In this document: piece after piece, positions 31,029-39,936 of the stretch | Numbering within the stretch: position 1 is the first letter of the stretch | Layout: each line of letters begins with the position of its first letter | NCBI GenBank assembly: GCA_016716005.1 | Contig: JADJXE010000001.1 | Coordinates: 2,167,733 to 2,231,732, forward strand | DNA length: 64,000 nucleotides | Direction of reading: 5' to 3' | Origin: Acidimicrobiales bacterium | GTDB lineage: Bacteria; Actinomycetota; Acidimicrobiia; Acidimicrobiales; JADJXE01 | The notes under the pieces: generated by a model | Database searches by the model: none | Seen by the model: only the letters and a program-made list of their open reading frames with translations | Told to the model about the DNA's origin: nothing | Translations under genes and position numbers: made by a program

Positions 31029-31715
31029 ATGAGCCCCGTGGCGCCGCTGCTCGCGGGTCCCGAGTCGTGGATCTGGTGGTCGTGGGTGGGGGATCACCTC
31101 GGCGACATCGGCGACGCCCTGCGCGAGCACCTCCTGCTCACGACGCTGGCCGTCGGGCTGGGGTTCTCGGTGGCGTTCCCGCTGGCCCTGGCGGCGAGAC
31201 GATGGCGGTGGCTGTACCCCCCGGTGCTGTCGGTCACGGGGATCCTCTACACGATCCCCTCGCTCGCCCTGTTCGCCCTGCTGATCCCCTGGACGGGCCT
31301 CAGCCGCACCACCGCCGTCGTGCCGCTGGCCGCGTACACCCTGCTGATCCTGGTGCGGAACACGGTCATCGGCCTCGAGTCGGTGCCGGCGGCCACCGTC
31401 GACGCGGCGACGGGCATGGGCTACGGCCCGGTGGCCCGACTGGTGCGCGTGGAGCTGCCGCTCGCCGTCCCGACGATCATCGCCGGGCTTCGCATCGCGG
31501 TGGTGAGCACCATCGCCCTGGTCACCGTCACGGCCGTGATCGGTCTGGGCGGGCTGGGCGCCCTCATCAAGGACGGCCTGAACCGGGACTTCCGCACCCC
31601 GCTGGTGGTGGGGACGGTGCTCTGCGTGGCCCTCGCGGTCATCGCCGACCTGGCGCTGGTCGGGCTCGAGCGGCTCCTCACCCCCTGGTCCCGCCGGAGC
31701 CGGAGCCGGAGCTGA
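31029..31715 (+). CDS. osmoprotectant ABC transporter permease
   Basis: Start MSPVAPLLAG. Shows the BPD-transport EAA-like loop (ATGMGYGPVARLVRVELPLAVP). Confidence 0.85.
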   Translation: MSPVAPLLAGPESWIWWSWVGDHLGDIGDALREHLLLTTLAVGLGFSVAFPLALAARRWRWLYPPVLSVTGILYTIPSLALFALLIPWTGLSRTTAVVPLAAYTLLILVRNTVIGLESVPAATVDAATGMGYGPVARLVRVELPLAVPTIIAGLRIAVVSTIALVTVTAVIGLGGLGALIKDGLNRDFRTPLVVGTVLCVALAVIADLALVGLERLLTPWSRRSRSRS

Positions 31716-31716
31716 G

Positions 31717-32421
31717 ATGGGCTTCCTGGGCGACGTGGCGGCGTGGTTCGCCGATGGCGGCAACTGGCAGGGGACGTTCGGCATCACCAACCGCCTGTGG
31801 CAGCACCTGGTGATGTCCGGCGTGGCCATCGTCGTGGCGATGGTGCTGGCGCTGCCGGTGGGCCTGGTGCTCGGTCACCACCGGCGGGGAGGCACCGCGG
31901 CGGTCAACGTCTCCAACCTGGGCCGGGCCATCCCGTCGTTCGCCCTCCTCGTGCTGGGCGTGCAGATCTGGGGGCTGGCCGAGTGGTGGGGCATCCCGTA
32001 CGGCGCCCTGGTCGCCCTGGTGGCGCTGGCCGTCCCGCCCATGCTCACCAACGCCTACGTGGGGATGGCACAGGTGCCCGACGACCTGCGCGACGCGGCC
32101 TGCGGGATGGGCATGACGGCCAGCCAGACCGCGCTGCGGGTGGAGCTGCCCGTCGCCCTCCCGGTGGTGTTCGCCGGCATCCGGACCTCGGCCGTGCTGG
32201 TGGTGGCCACGGCGACCCTGGCGGCGGTCGTGGCCGCCGGTGGTCTCGGCCGCTACATCGTCGACGGCATCGCCACCCGTGACTTCGTGGAGGTGTTCGC
32301 CGGCGCCGTGCTCGTGGCCGCCCTCTCGGTGGGGGTCGAGGTCGGGCTGGCCGGCGTCGAGCGCCTCGTCGTGTCCAAGGGCCTCCGCGACGCGGAGGCC
32401 GCTCCCTCTCGCAACCCGTGA
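31717..32421 (+). CDS. osmoprotectant ABC transporter permease
   Basis: 234 aa with the loop ACGMGMTASQTALRVELPVALP. Starts 1 nt after the previous permease gene. Confidence 0.85.
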   Translation: MGFLGDVAAWFADGGNWQGTFGITNRLWQHLVMSGVAIVVAMVLALPVGLVLGHHRRGGTAAVNVSNLGRAIPSFALLVLGVQIWGLAEWWGIPYGALVALVALAVPPMLTNAYVGMAQVPDDLRDAACGMGMTASQTALRVELPVALPVVFAGIRTSAVLVVATATLAAVVAAGGLGRYIVDGIATRDFVEVFAGAVLVAALSVGVEVGLAGVERLVVSKGLRDAEAAPSRNP

Positions 32422-32440
32422 CCCGACCAAGGAGACCTAC

Positions 32441-33418
32441 GTGCGCAGATCCCGACTCCACCTGTTCGCCGGCGTCGTGCTGGCCTTCACCCTGCTGGTC
32501 GCCGCCTGCGGCGACGACGACGACACGACGGCCACGACGTCGGAGAGCAGCGACACCACCGCGGCGGCCGGCGGCGAGGGTGCCGTGATCGAGTTCAAGC
32601 CGCTCGACGCCGGCGGCCCCCTCACGACCGCGGCGCTGGAGAGCGGCGACATCGACGTCGCCCTGATGTTCAGCAGCCAGGGGATCATCGCCCAGAACGG
32701 CTGGGTGGTGCTCGAGGACGACCAGGGCCTGCAGCCGGTCGAGAACCTGGTCCCGGTGGGTCGAGCCGACGCCCTGACCCCGGACGTGGCTGCGGCACTC
32801 GACGAGGTGTCGGCCGCCCTCACCACCGAGGAGCTGGCCGAGCTCAACCGCCGGGTCGACGCCGACAAGGAGGATCCGGCCGTCGTCGCCGAGGACTGGC
32901 TGACCCAGGAGGGCCTCCTCGACGCCGAGGCCACCCTCGAGGGCACGTCGATCACCGTGGGGTCGGCCGACTTCTCGGAGCAGGAGATCGTGGCGAACAT
33001 GTACGCCGACGTGCTCGGAGCCCGCGGGGCCGACGTCACCCGGCAGTTCCGCCTGGGCAGCCGCGAGGTGGTGAACCCGGCGCTGGAGAGCGGCGAGGTG
33101 GACGTGGTGCCCGAGTACGTGGGCAGCCTGCTCACCTTCCTCGAGGGGAGCCCCACCAGCGACCTCGACCAGTCGCTGGCCGACCTCCAGGCCGCCCTGG
33201 AGAGCGTGGGCCTGGTGGCGCTCACCCCGTCGCCGGCCGAGGACAAGAACGCCCTGGTCGTCACCCAGGAGACCGCTGACGAGTACGGGCTCACGACCAT
33301 CTCCGACCTGGCGAGCGTCACCGACACCCTGGTGCTCGGGGGTCCGCCGGAGTGCCCGGAGCGACCGCTGTGCATCCTCGGCTTCGAGGAGGTCTACGGG
33401 CTGCAGTTCGACGTGTAG
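32441..33418 (+). CDS. osmoprotectant ABC transporter substrate-binding lipoprotein
   Basis: GTG start preceded by an AAGGAG RBS. Lipobox LLVAAC. OpuAC-like body (DIDVALMFSSQG, VVPEYVGSLL). Confidence 0.85.
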   Translation: MRRSRLHLFAGVVLAFTLLVAACGDDDDTTATTSESSDTTAAAGGEGAVIEFKPLDAGGPLTTAALESGDIDVALMFSSQGIIAQNGWVVLEDDQGLQPVENLVPVGRADALTPDVAAALDEVSAALTTEELAELNRRVDADKEDPAVVAEDWLTQEGLLDAEATLEGTSITVGSADFSEQEIVANMYADVLGARGADVTRQFRLGSREVVNPALESGEVDVVPEYVGSLLTFLEGSPTSDLDQSLADLQAALESVGLVALTPSPAEDKNALVVTQETADEYGLTTISDLASVTDTLVLGGPPECPERPLCILGFEEVYGLQFDV

Positions 33419-33439
33419 GGCGGACTGCCGCCGGGTGCG

Positions 33440-33470
33440 GGGGGCGGGATCCGGGGCGGGTCCCGCCCCC
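33440..33470 (+). terminator. GC-rich hairpin after the SBP gene
   Basis: GGGGGCGGGA-11 nt-TCCCGCCCCC is a perfect 10-bp stem lying 22 nt after the stop. Confidence 0.4.
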
Positions 33471-33502
33471 ATCCGCGCATCGGCCGCCCCGGTCGCCCAG
33501 AC

Positions 33503-33832
33503 TTGTACCTCCCCGGGGGGACCGTGACCGAGAGGAGGACCGTGATCACCCGCAAGCCCGTCCGCAACGGCGGCACCGTCAAGATCACCTTCGCCCTGCC
33601 CGACGAGGGCCTGCCCATGTCCGTCGTCGGCGACTTCAACGCCTGGGATCCGCACGCGCACCCGCTGCGCCGCCGGTCCAACGGCACCCGCTCGGCGGTC
33701 GTCGAGCTCGAGCAGGGGAGGATCTACGCCTTCCGCTACCTCGCCGAGGGCGGCACCTTCCTCGACGACCCCGCCGCCGACGGGTTCGAGCCGAACGGCT
33801 ACGGCGGCACCCACGGCGTGGTGCGCTGCTAG
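33503..33832 (+). CDS. isoamylase early-set / CBM48-like glycogen-binding domain protein
   Basis: VKITFALPDEG..VSVVGDFNAWDPHAHPLRRRSNGTRSAVVELEQGRIYAFRYL pattern. The start is uncertain. Confidence 0.6.
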   Translation: MYLPGGTVTERRTVITRKPVRNGGTVKITFALPDEGLPMSVVGDFNAWDPHAHPLRRRSNGTRSAVVELEQGRIYAFRYLAEGGTFLDDPAADGFEPNGYGGTHGVVRC

Positions 33833-33842
33833 CGGAGCCGGC

Positions 33843-34517
33843 ATGGCCCTCTGGGAGCCGGAGGGGGGGTCCCGCCCGGTCGAGCTGGCCGTGCTGCGCC
33901 AGGAGTACGCCGACCGCGGCCTCGACCCCGCCGACCTCGATCCCGACCCGATCGCCCAGGTGGGGCGTTGGCTCGAGGCGGCCGTGGCCGCGGGGGTGCC
34001 CGAGCCCAACGCCATGACCCTGGCCACGGTCGACGCGGCCGGCGCCCCCGACGCGCGCGTGGTGCTGCTCAAGGGGATCGACCCTCGGGGCTTCACCTTC
34101 TTCACGAGCTACACGAGCACCAAGGGCGAGCAGCTGGCCGCGCGGCCCAGCGCCGCCCTGGTGCTCGTGTGGCTCGACCTGGGCCGCCAGGTCCGGGTGG
34201 TCGGCCCCGTGGAGCGGCTCCCCGCCGAGGAGAGCGACGCCTACTACGCCAGCCGCCCCCGGGAGAGCCGGCTGGGCGCGTGGGCGTCCGACCAGAGCGC
34301 CGTGCTCCCCGGCCGGGCCCCGCTCGAGGAGCGCTTCGCGGCGGTGACGGCACGGTTCGCCGGGAGCGAGCCACCCCGGCCCGAGCACTGGGGCGGGTAC
34401 CTGGTGCGCCCCGAGCGGGTGGAGCTGTGGCAGGGCCGGCCCCGCCGGCTCCACGACCGGCTCCGGTACCGCCGCGGCGACGGGGCGGGGTGGATCGTGG
34501 AGCGCCTGTCGCCCTAG
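33843..34517 (+). CDS. pdxH: pyridoxamine 5'-phosphate oxidase
   Basis: PNAMTLATVD..RVVLLKG.D.RGFTFFT.Y.S.KG, and the C-terminal WGGY...P..VEFWQGR..RLHDR..Y pattern. Confidence 0.92.
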   Translation: MALWEPEGGSRPVELAVLRQEYADRGLDPADLDPDPIAQVGRWLEAAVAAGVPEPNAMTLATVDAAGAPDARVVLLKGIDPRGFTFFTSYTSTKGEQLAARPSAALVLVWLDLGRQVRVVGPVERLPAEESDAYYASRPRESRLGAWASDQSAVLPGRAPLEERFAAVTARFAGSEPPRPEHWGGYLVRPERVELWQGRPRRLHDRLRYRRGDGAGWIVERLSP

Positions 34518-34631
34518 GTGCGGTGTGGCGAGCCGGTCGGCCTCGACGGCGGCGGAGGAGCGGCCGAGGTCGTCGGGCGACCACATCGACACACCTCGAC
34601 ACGGCCGGTCGTCGCCCGCGAGCGTCCCCGG

Positions 34632-37457
34632 CTACGGGCGGCTCCCGAATGCGCCTCCGGGGCGGCGAGCGGCACGCATCCCGGCCCCGAGGGCGGCGGC
34701 GAGCAGCACGAGGACGGCGGCCACGGGCACCCAGTCGCCGAGGCGGACGTAGGGGGTCTGCCCGCCCACGAGGGGCACCTCGGCCACCCACACCCCGGTC
34801 TCGTGGTTGCCGAGCCGGGTGAGCTGGTGACCCTCGGCGTCGAACACGGCCGACACGCCGCTCACGGCCGCGTGCACCACGGGCCGACCGCTCTCGATGG
34901 CCCGGATGGCGCCGAGGCTGGCGTGCTGGGCCTGGGCCCAGCTCCCCTGGAACGTGGTGGTGGCGGCCTGGAGCACGACGACGTCGGTGCCCCGCTCGGC
35001 GAGGAGGCGGCTCAGGTCGGGGAACGCCGACTCGAAGCACACGAGCGGTCCGATGCGGAAGCCGTCGACATCCATCACCACCAAGCCGTCGCCGCGGCGG
35101 CGGTCCTCCGCGGCGGCCGGGGTGAACGAGCTCATCCACCCGAGGAGAGGGCGCAGGGGGATGTACTCCCCGAAGGGCACCAGGCGCATCTTGTCGTACC
35201 GGTCGACCACGCCGGCGTCGTCGACGAGCACCGAGCTCTTGAAGATGCCGCCCTCGCCGCGACGGGCGTCGACGTTGACGAGGATCGGCGCACCGACCTC
35301 GGCCGACAGGCGCGTGAGCCGCTCGGCGTAGGCCGGCTCGTCGGCCAGGTCGAAGCCGACGCTGCTCTCGGCCCACACCACCAGGTCGAGGTCGCGGCCC
35401 GCCAGCGTGCGGGTGAGCTCCTCGTGGGCGGCGAAGCGCTCGTCGCCACGTTCGACGCGCCCGGGCTGCACCCCGGCGACGACGACCGTGCCCGTCTCGG
35501 TCGGCGTCGGTCGCAGCCCTCCGAAGGCCCAGGTGCCTGCGACCGAGAGCAGTGCCAGCCCGAGCGCCACGGAGCGGGTCGACCGGCGCAGGCCGGGCAG
35601 CGTCGCACTGGCCAGCGTCACGTTGGTCGCCATCAGGACGGCCCCCAGCAGCCACACCCCGCCGACCGAGGCGAGCGCCGCGAGGGTGGGACGGGTCCAC
35701 AGCGCGGCGCCGAGCAGGACCCACGGCCCGCCGAGCCCCTCCCACGAGCGCAGGTACTCGGCCACGACCCACGCGCTCGGCACCACCAGCACGGCCGCCG
35801 CGACCGCCAGGGGCGCCGGCTTCCCCCGCAGCAGCCGGAAGGCCAGCCACCCCCAGGGGATCCACAGCGCCCCGAAGGCCAGTGCCAGCACCACGACGAA
35901 GGGCCCCACGACGGGCAGGAGCCAGTGGTGGGCGACCACGAAGAAGCCGACACCGCCCGCCCACGCGCGCATCGCCGCCTCGCGCCCCGAGGGGGCGCGG
36001 ACGACGAGCACGAGCAGGGGGACCAGCCCGACCCAGCCGAGCAGCCACGCGTCGGTGGCGGGGAAGGCCAAGGCCGGCACGACGCCCACCGCCAGCGCGG
36101 CGACTCGCCCCGTCCACCGCCCCCGAGCTCGCGGGGGCGGTGGCTGCGGCGCGGCCGCGGCCGCGGCGGCGGTCCCCGGCCGGGGAGCGAACGGCCACGT
36201 CCGCTGGCGACTGGCCACCAGTGCGCCGGCGGCCACGAACGCGAGCGCGAGCTCCCACAGGCGGGCTCGCTCCCCGCCCGGCTCCCACAACGGCACGAGG
36301 GCCAGGCCGGCCAGGATGAACGCCACGTTGTAGAGCAGGTCGTAGACCGAGAACACGCGGCCGCGCACCTCGTCGGGGCTCTCCTCCTGCACGAGCGCGT
36401 CGACGAGGACCTTCAGCACCTGGAAGGCGAAGGCGGCCGCTCCCACTCCGGCCAGGAGCACGCCGAGGGTGGTGGAGAAGGCGGCGCAGACCGCGGCCGC
36501 AGCGCCCACGAGGAACGTCAGCGGGAGCAGCCCCCGCCGCTCGTAGCGTGCGCCGAGCACGGGGGCCAGCCACGTGCCGGCGAAGGCGCCCACGCCGGTG
36601 ACGGCGAGGGCGAGCCCGTAGCCGGCGGCCTCGAGGTCGTAGCGCTCGTCGGCGACCAGCACCAGCATGATGAAGCCGGCACCGAGCAGCATCCGGTTGG
36701 CGGCCACGGTGAGCAGGGGGCGCCGCACCTGGGCGTGCCGGGCCACGAAGGCGAGGCCGTCGGCGAGCTCGGCGACGACCCGGCGCGCGCCGCCGGTGAC
36801 GGTCTCGGTGACGCTGCCGCCCCCGACGTCGGGAAGGGCGTGGAACGCCCCAGCCGCCGCCAGGTAGGCGGCGCCGGCCACCAGCAGGCCGAGGGCGGGC
36901 ACCAGGGCGACGAAGGTGGAGCCCACCACGGCACCCAGGAACGCCGCGGTCATGCCGGCGAGGGCCGACACGGCGTTGGCGGTGACCAGGTCGGCGCTCC
37001 CCACGGTGTTGGGCAGTGCCGCGCCCTTGGCCGCCAGCACGAACCGCGACGACGAGAGGAGGAGGAGAACGGCGATGTACGCCAGCACCTGAGAATCGAG
37101 CACGAGCACGCCCACCGACGCCGTGACGAGCAGCGCCCGGAGGAGCGACACCACGACCATCACCCGGCGACGGTCGTACCGGTCGATGACGACCCCGGCG
37201 AAGGGCCCCACCAGCGAGTAGGGCAGGAGGGTGACGGCCAGGAGCTTGGTGATCTCCAGCGGCGTCGCGCCCTGCCCCACCTCGAACAGCACCACCTGGG
37301 CGAAGGCGATCTGGGCCAGGCCGTCGGCGGCCTGCCCGGCGATCTGGCCGCCGAGCAGGGCCCGGAATTCGGCCCGGTGGCGGAGCGGGCCGGCGGCCCG
37401 CCAGCCGGGGACGAGGGCGGTGGGCACGAGCGCTCGCCCTCCCTCGGGACCGGTCAT
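34632..37457 (-). CDS. lnt: in-frame fusion: MFS transporter (N-terminal ~415 aa) + apolipoprotein N-acyltransferase (C-terminal ~490 aa)
   Basis: A single frame with no stop. The MFS part carries GVVIDRYDRRRVMVV. An Ala/Pro linker APRPGTAAAAAAAPQPPPPRA follows. The Lnt part has LAFPATDAW and an E-K-C triad context (VWAESSV, YDKMRLVPFGEYIP, PLVCFESAF). Part of the 1405-aa track ORF. Confidence 0.75.
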   Translation of the reverse strand: MTGPEGGRALVPTALVPGWRAAGPLRHRAEFRALLGGQIAGQAADGLAQIAFAQVVLFEVGQGATPLEITKLLAVTLLPYSLVGPFAGVVIDRYDRRRVMVVVSLLRALLVTASVGVLVLDSQVLAYIAVLLLLSSSRFVLAAKGAALPNTVGSADLVTANAVSALAGMTAAFLGAVVGSTFVALVPALGLLVAGAAYLAAAGAFHALPDVGGGSVTETVTGGARRVVAELADGLAFVARHAQVRRPLLTVAANRMLLGAGFIMLVLVADERYDLEAAGYGLALAVTGVGAFAGTWLAPVLGARYERRGLLPLTFLVGAAAAVCAAFSTTLGVLLAGVGAAAFAFQVLKVLVDALVQEESPDEVRGRVFSVYDLLYNVAFILAGLALVPLWEPGGERARLWELALAFVAAGALVASRQRTWPFAPRPGTAAAAAAAPQPPPPRARGRWTGRVAALAVGVVPALAFPATDAWLLGWVGLVPLLVLVVRAPSGREAAMRAWAGGVGFFVVAHHWLLPVVGPFVVVLALAFGALWIPWGWLAFRLLRGKPAPLAVAAAVLVVPSAWVVAEYLRSWEGLGGPWVLLGAALWTRPTLAALASVGGVWLLGAVLMATNVTLASATLPGLRRSTRSVALGLALLSVAGTWAFGGLRPTPTETGTVVVAGVQPGRVERGDERFAAHEELTRTLAGRDLDLVVWAESSVGFDLADEPAYAERLTRLSAEVGAPILVNVDARRGEGGIFKSSVLVDDAGVVDRYDKMRLVPFGEYIPLRPLLGWMSSFTPAAAEDRRRGDGLVVMDVDGFRIGPLVCFESAFPDLSRLLAERGTDVVVLQAATTTFQGSWAQAQHASLGAIRAIESGRPVVHAAVSGVSAVFDAEGHQLTRLGNHETGVWVAEVPLVGGQTPYVRLGDWVPVAAVLVLLAAALGAGMRAARRPGGAFGSRP

Positions 37458-37759
37458 CCTCGGCGCGACGCCGGGTGGAGGAGGAACATCCGAGGCTCGC
37501 GGTCGGTGAGCCGCCGGAGATGGGTGTCGTACCCGCCGTCGATGGCGGTGAGCCTCGGCCAGAGCCGATCGAAGGTGTGCGCATCGGCCAGCTCGGCCGT
37601 GACGGGAACGGTCTCGGCGCCCACGACCAGCTGCGCGTCGGGGTGCGCCAGCCGGTTGCCCGTCGGGTGGATGCCCGCCTCGTCGGCGGCGACCCGGTCG
37701 AGCTGGGAGCGCAGTCGCTCGGGTGTCCCATCGGCCGCGGTCCCCGCGTCGTCGGGCAT
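37454..37759 (-). CDS. hypothetical protein resembling only the C-terminal half of DUF385/Ddn-type F420H2-dependent reductases
   Basis: HPTGNRLAHPDAQLVVGAETVPVTAELADAHTFDRLWPRLTAIDGGYDTHLRRLTDREPRMFLLHP matches the Ddn C-terminal pattern. The N-terminal barrel half is absent. ATGA overlap with the MFS-Lnt start. Confidence 0.35.
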   Translation of the reverse strand: MPDDAGTAADGTPERLRSQLDRVAADEAGIHPTGNRLAHPDAQLVVGAETVPVTAELADAHTFDRLWPRLTAIDGGYDTHLRRLTDREPRMFLLHPASRRG

Positions 37760-37891
37760 CGCCGTGAGCGTACGGGGCCGCGGACGGCGGGCCGCGCGGG
37801 CGGGCCGTGGAGGGCCTTGGTGGCGCAGCCGGGGCGGGATCATGCCGGACGGACGGCGCAGCGGGCGAGGAGACCGCCGACCGGGCGCGCC

Positions 37892-38521
37892 CTAGATGGG
37901 CTGGTCGACCGGGTCCCCCGGCGGCCAGGAGCAGGCGGCCGCGGCCAGGGCGTCGATGAGCGCCTCGGTGTGCGGGACCAGCCCGGGCCCGGTGAAGTCG
38001 GCCCAGACGGGGCTGCGACCGCGGACGCGAGGCGGCAGCTCCAGCTGCACGCCACCGCCCGGGGGGAGGTTGACCGGGTTCTCGGGGTGCAGGCCGCGGA
38101 GCGGGCGGGGGATCCGCTCGACGTCGTCGAGGTGCTCGTACATCGGCAGGGCCGCGTCCAGGTGCCGGCGCAGGTGGCCGGCCAGGGCCCGGTTGGTCCC
38201 CCCGAGGAGCAGGGTGGTCCACATGCCCTCGCGGCCGTACCCGTGCACCGCGACGGCCACGTCGACGTGGCCCAGGAAGCGGGCCAGGGCGGGTGACGCG
38301 TCCGGTCGCACCTTGGTCGAGGGGATGTGCCAGCGCAGGTCGGGCGGCTGGAGGACCGCGTAGAGCGAGCTGCCGCTGCGCTGGGCCGCGGCCGCGGCGA
38401 CGACGTCGGTCATCTCCTCCAGGCTGCCGCCGTGGAAGGCCATGAAGCCGAACGGCGAGCGCAGCTCGAGCACCTCGCTCACCCCGGGATGGGCGAGCAG
38501 CTCCGCGAACAGCACGGGCAC
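37892..38521 (-). CDS. poly-gamma-glutamate hydrolase family protein (DUF867-like)
   Basis: 209 aa with FGFMAFHGGSLEEMTD, VAVHGY, LLGG and GVQLELP, as in the PghP/YjqB-like family (from memory). Confidence 0.6.
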   Translation of the reverse strand: MPVLFAELLAHPGVSEVLELRSPFGFMAFHGGSLEEMTDVVAAAAAQRSGSSLYAVLQPPDLRWHIPSTKVRPDASPALARFLGHVDVAVAVHGYGREGMWTTLLLGGTNRALAGHLRRHLDAALPMYEHLDDVERIPRPLRGLHPENPVNLPPGGGVQLELPPRVRGRSPVWADFTGPGLVPHTEALIDALAAAACSWPPGDPVDQPI

Positions 38522-38640
38522 CGACGGTACCGGCTGGCCGGCGGGGAAGGGGTGCCGGCGGGGTGGAGGATCGACCGGGCGCCGGCAGACTTGCCGGGTC
38601 GCCGGCCGCTCCGGCCGGTGTCCCGACCCCGGAGGACGCC

Positions 38641-39030
38641 GTGATCCCCGACTCGCACCGTGACCTGCTGGAGAGCAAGGCGCTGGCCCACGTCGCCACC
38701 ATCGGACCGGACGGCGAGCCGCAGAGCAACCCGGTGTGGTTCGACTGGGACGGCGAGCTGCTGGTCTTCAGCCAGACGACCGGCCGCCAGAAGTACAGGA
38801 ACCTGCAGCGCGAGCCGCGCCTCGCGGTCTCGATCGTCGACCCGGCCAACCCTTACCGCTACCTCGAGCTCCGCGGCAGGGTCGTCGAGATCGCGGACGA
38901 CGAGGGGAACGCCTTCATCAACGGCATGGCCAAGAAGTACCTCGGCCAGGACGAGTACCCGTGGCACCAGCCCGGCGACCACCGCGTGGTGGTGAAGGTT
39001 CGCCCGGAGCGCACCACCCAGATGGGTTGA
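38641..39030 (+). CDS. PPOX-class (split beta-barrel) probable F420-dependent oxidoreductase
   Basis: GTG start VIPDSHRDLLESKALAHVATIGPDGEPQSNPVWFDWDGELLVFSQTTGRQKYRNLQREPRLAVSIVD. Confidence 0.7.
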   Translation: MIPDSHRDLLESKALAHVATIGPDGEPQSNPVWFDWDGELLVFSQTTGRQKYRNLQREPRLAVSIVDPANPYRYLELRGRVVEIADDEGNAFINGMAKKYLGQDEYPWHQPGDHRVVVKVRPERTTQMG

Positions 39031-39039
39031 GCGGACGGC

Positions 39040-39936
39040 TCAGGTGGGGTCGCTGGCGGCGTGCGCCGCAGGCTCCACCGCCGTCCGCCGCGAGCCCCGG
39101 CGGAGCAGCACCACGCTGATCGCGGCTGCGGCCACGACGGCCACCAGCACCAAGCCGACGCGGGCGGCGCCCCAGTTCTGGATGTTGGTCGCCAGGCGGC
39201 CGGACAGGCTCTCCACCCAGCGGATCACCCCGGATCCGCCGCTGGTGCCCGGATCGGTCAGCAGGTCGTAGAGCCAGTAGTAGGTGACGTAGACGCCGGC
39301 CACCACGAGCAGCGCGCCCGAGATCCGGTCGACGTAGGGGAGGGCGCGGCGCAAGCCCCGGACGAGGGACTGCTTGGCCAGGGCCAGCGTGACCGTGAGA
39401 GCGGTGAGCACCAGGCCCATCCCCAGGGCGTAGGCCACGAAGGTGGCGATCCCCGACGCCACGTTCTCGCGCGTGAAGGTGCCGGCGACCAGGCTGAGGA
39501 ACAGCGGGAGCGTGCACCCGAGCGAGGCCACCGCGTAGGACACGCCGAACACGAACATGGAGGTGAGCGTGCGGTGCCTGCCGCCCTTGTCGAGCCGGGG
39601 GAGCGACAGCGTGAGCTTGAAGCCGAGCAGCATGGCCACGCCCAGGCCGAGCACGGCGATGCCGACCACCACGCCGAGCCAGGGGATCACGTCCATCACC
39701 GAGGCGGTGACGAGCCGGACAACCGTGCCGACCACCGCGAACACCACGATGAAGCCGGCCGAGACGGTCGCCCCCACGGCCAGCGCACGGGCCAGGCCGG
39801 CCTCGGTGTCGCCGCCGTCGCCGGTGTCGTCCATGCCCACGAAGTACGAGAGGTACGCGGGCAGCATGGCGAAGCCGCAGGGGTTCACGGTGGCGACCAG
39901 ACCGGCGGTGAAGGCCAGCGCCAGCGGGGCGTCCAT
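39040..39936 (-). CDS. ccdA: cytochrome c biogenesis protein CcdA (thiol-disulfide transporter)
   Basis: TVNPCGFAMLPAYLSY and SLGCTLPLFL Cys motifs in a polytopic membrane protein. Confidence 0.88.
   Translation of the reverse strand: MDAPLALAFTAGLVATVNPCGFAMLPAYLSYFVGMDDTGDGGDTEAGLARALAVGATVSAGFIVVFAVVGTVVRLVTASVMDVIPWLGVVVGIAVLGLGVAMLLGFKLTLSLPRLDKGGRHRTLTSMFVFGVSYAVASLGCTLPLFLSLVAGTFTRENVASGIATFVAYALGMGLVLTALTVTLALAKQSLVRGLRRALPYVDRISGALLVVAGVYVTYYWLYDLLTDPGTSGGSGVIRWVESLSGRLATNIQNWGAARVGLVLVAVVAAAAISVVLLRRGSRRTAVEPAAHAASDPT

Noticed and set aside
37454-37843. Calling the 129-aa track ORF a functional deazaflavin-dependent nitroreductase.
   Set aside because: Only the C-terminal half of the fold is recognisable, and the first ~28 aa of the track ORF are Arg/Pro-rich. 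It is reported as a low-confidence hypothetical instead.
34632-38849. Single 1405-aa ORF, together with the companion long ORFs 34102..37731 (-) and 34518..37895 (+).
   Set aside because: Only the part from ATG 37457 downstream has transporter and Lnt motifs. The region upstream in that frame is Arg/Pro-rich and overlaps better-supported genes in other frames (DUF385-like, DUF867-like). The other two long ORFs are shadow frames.
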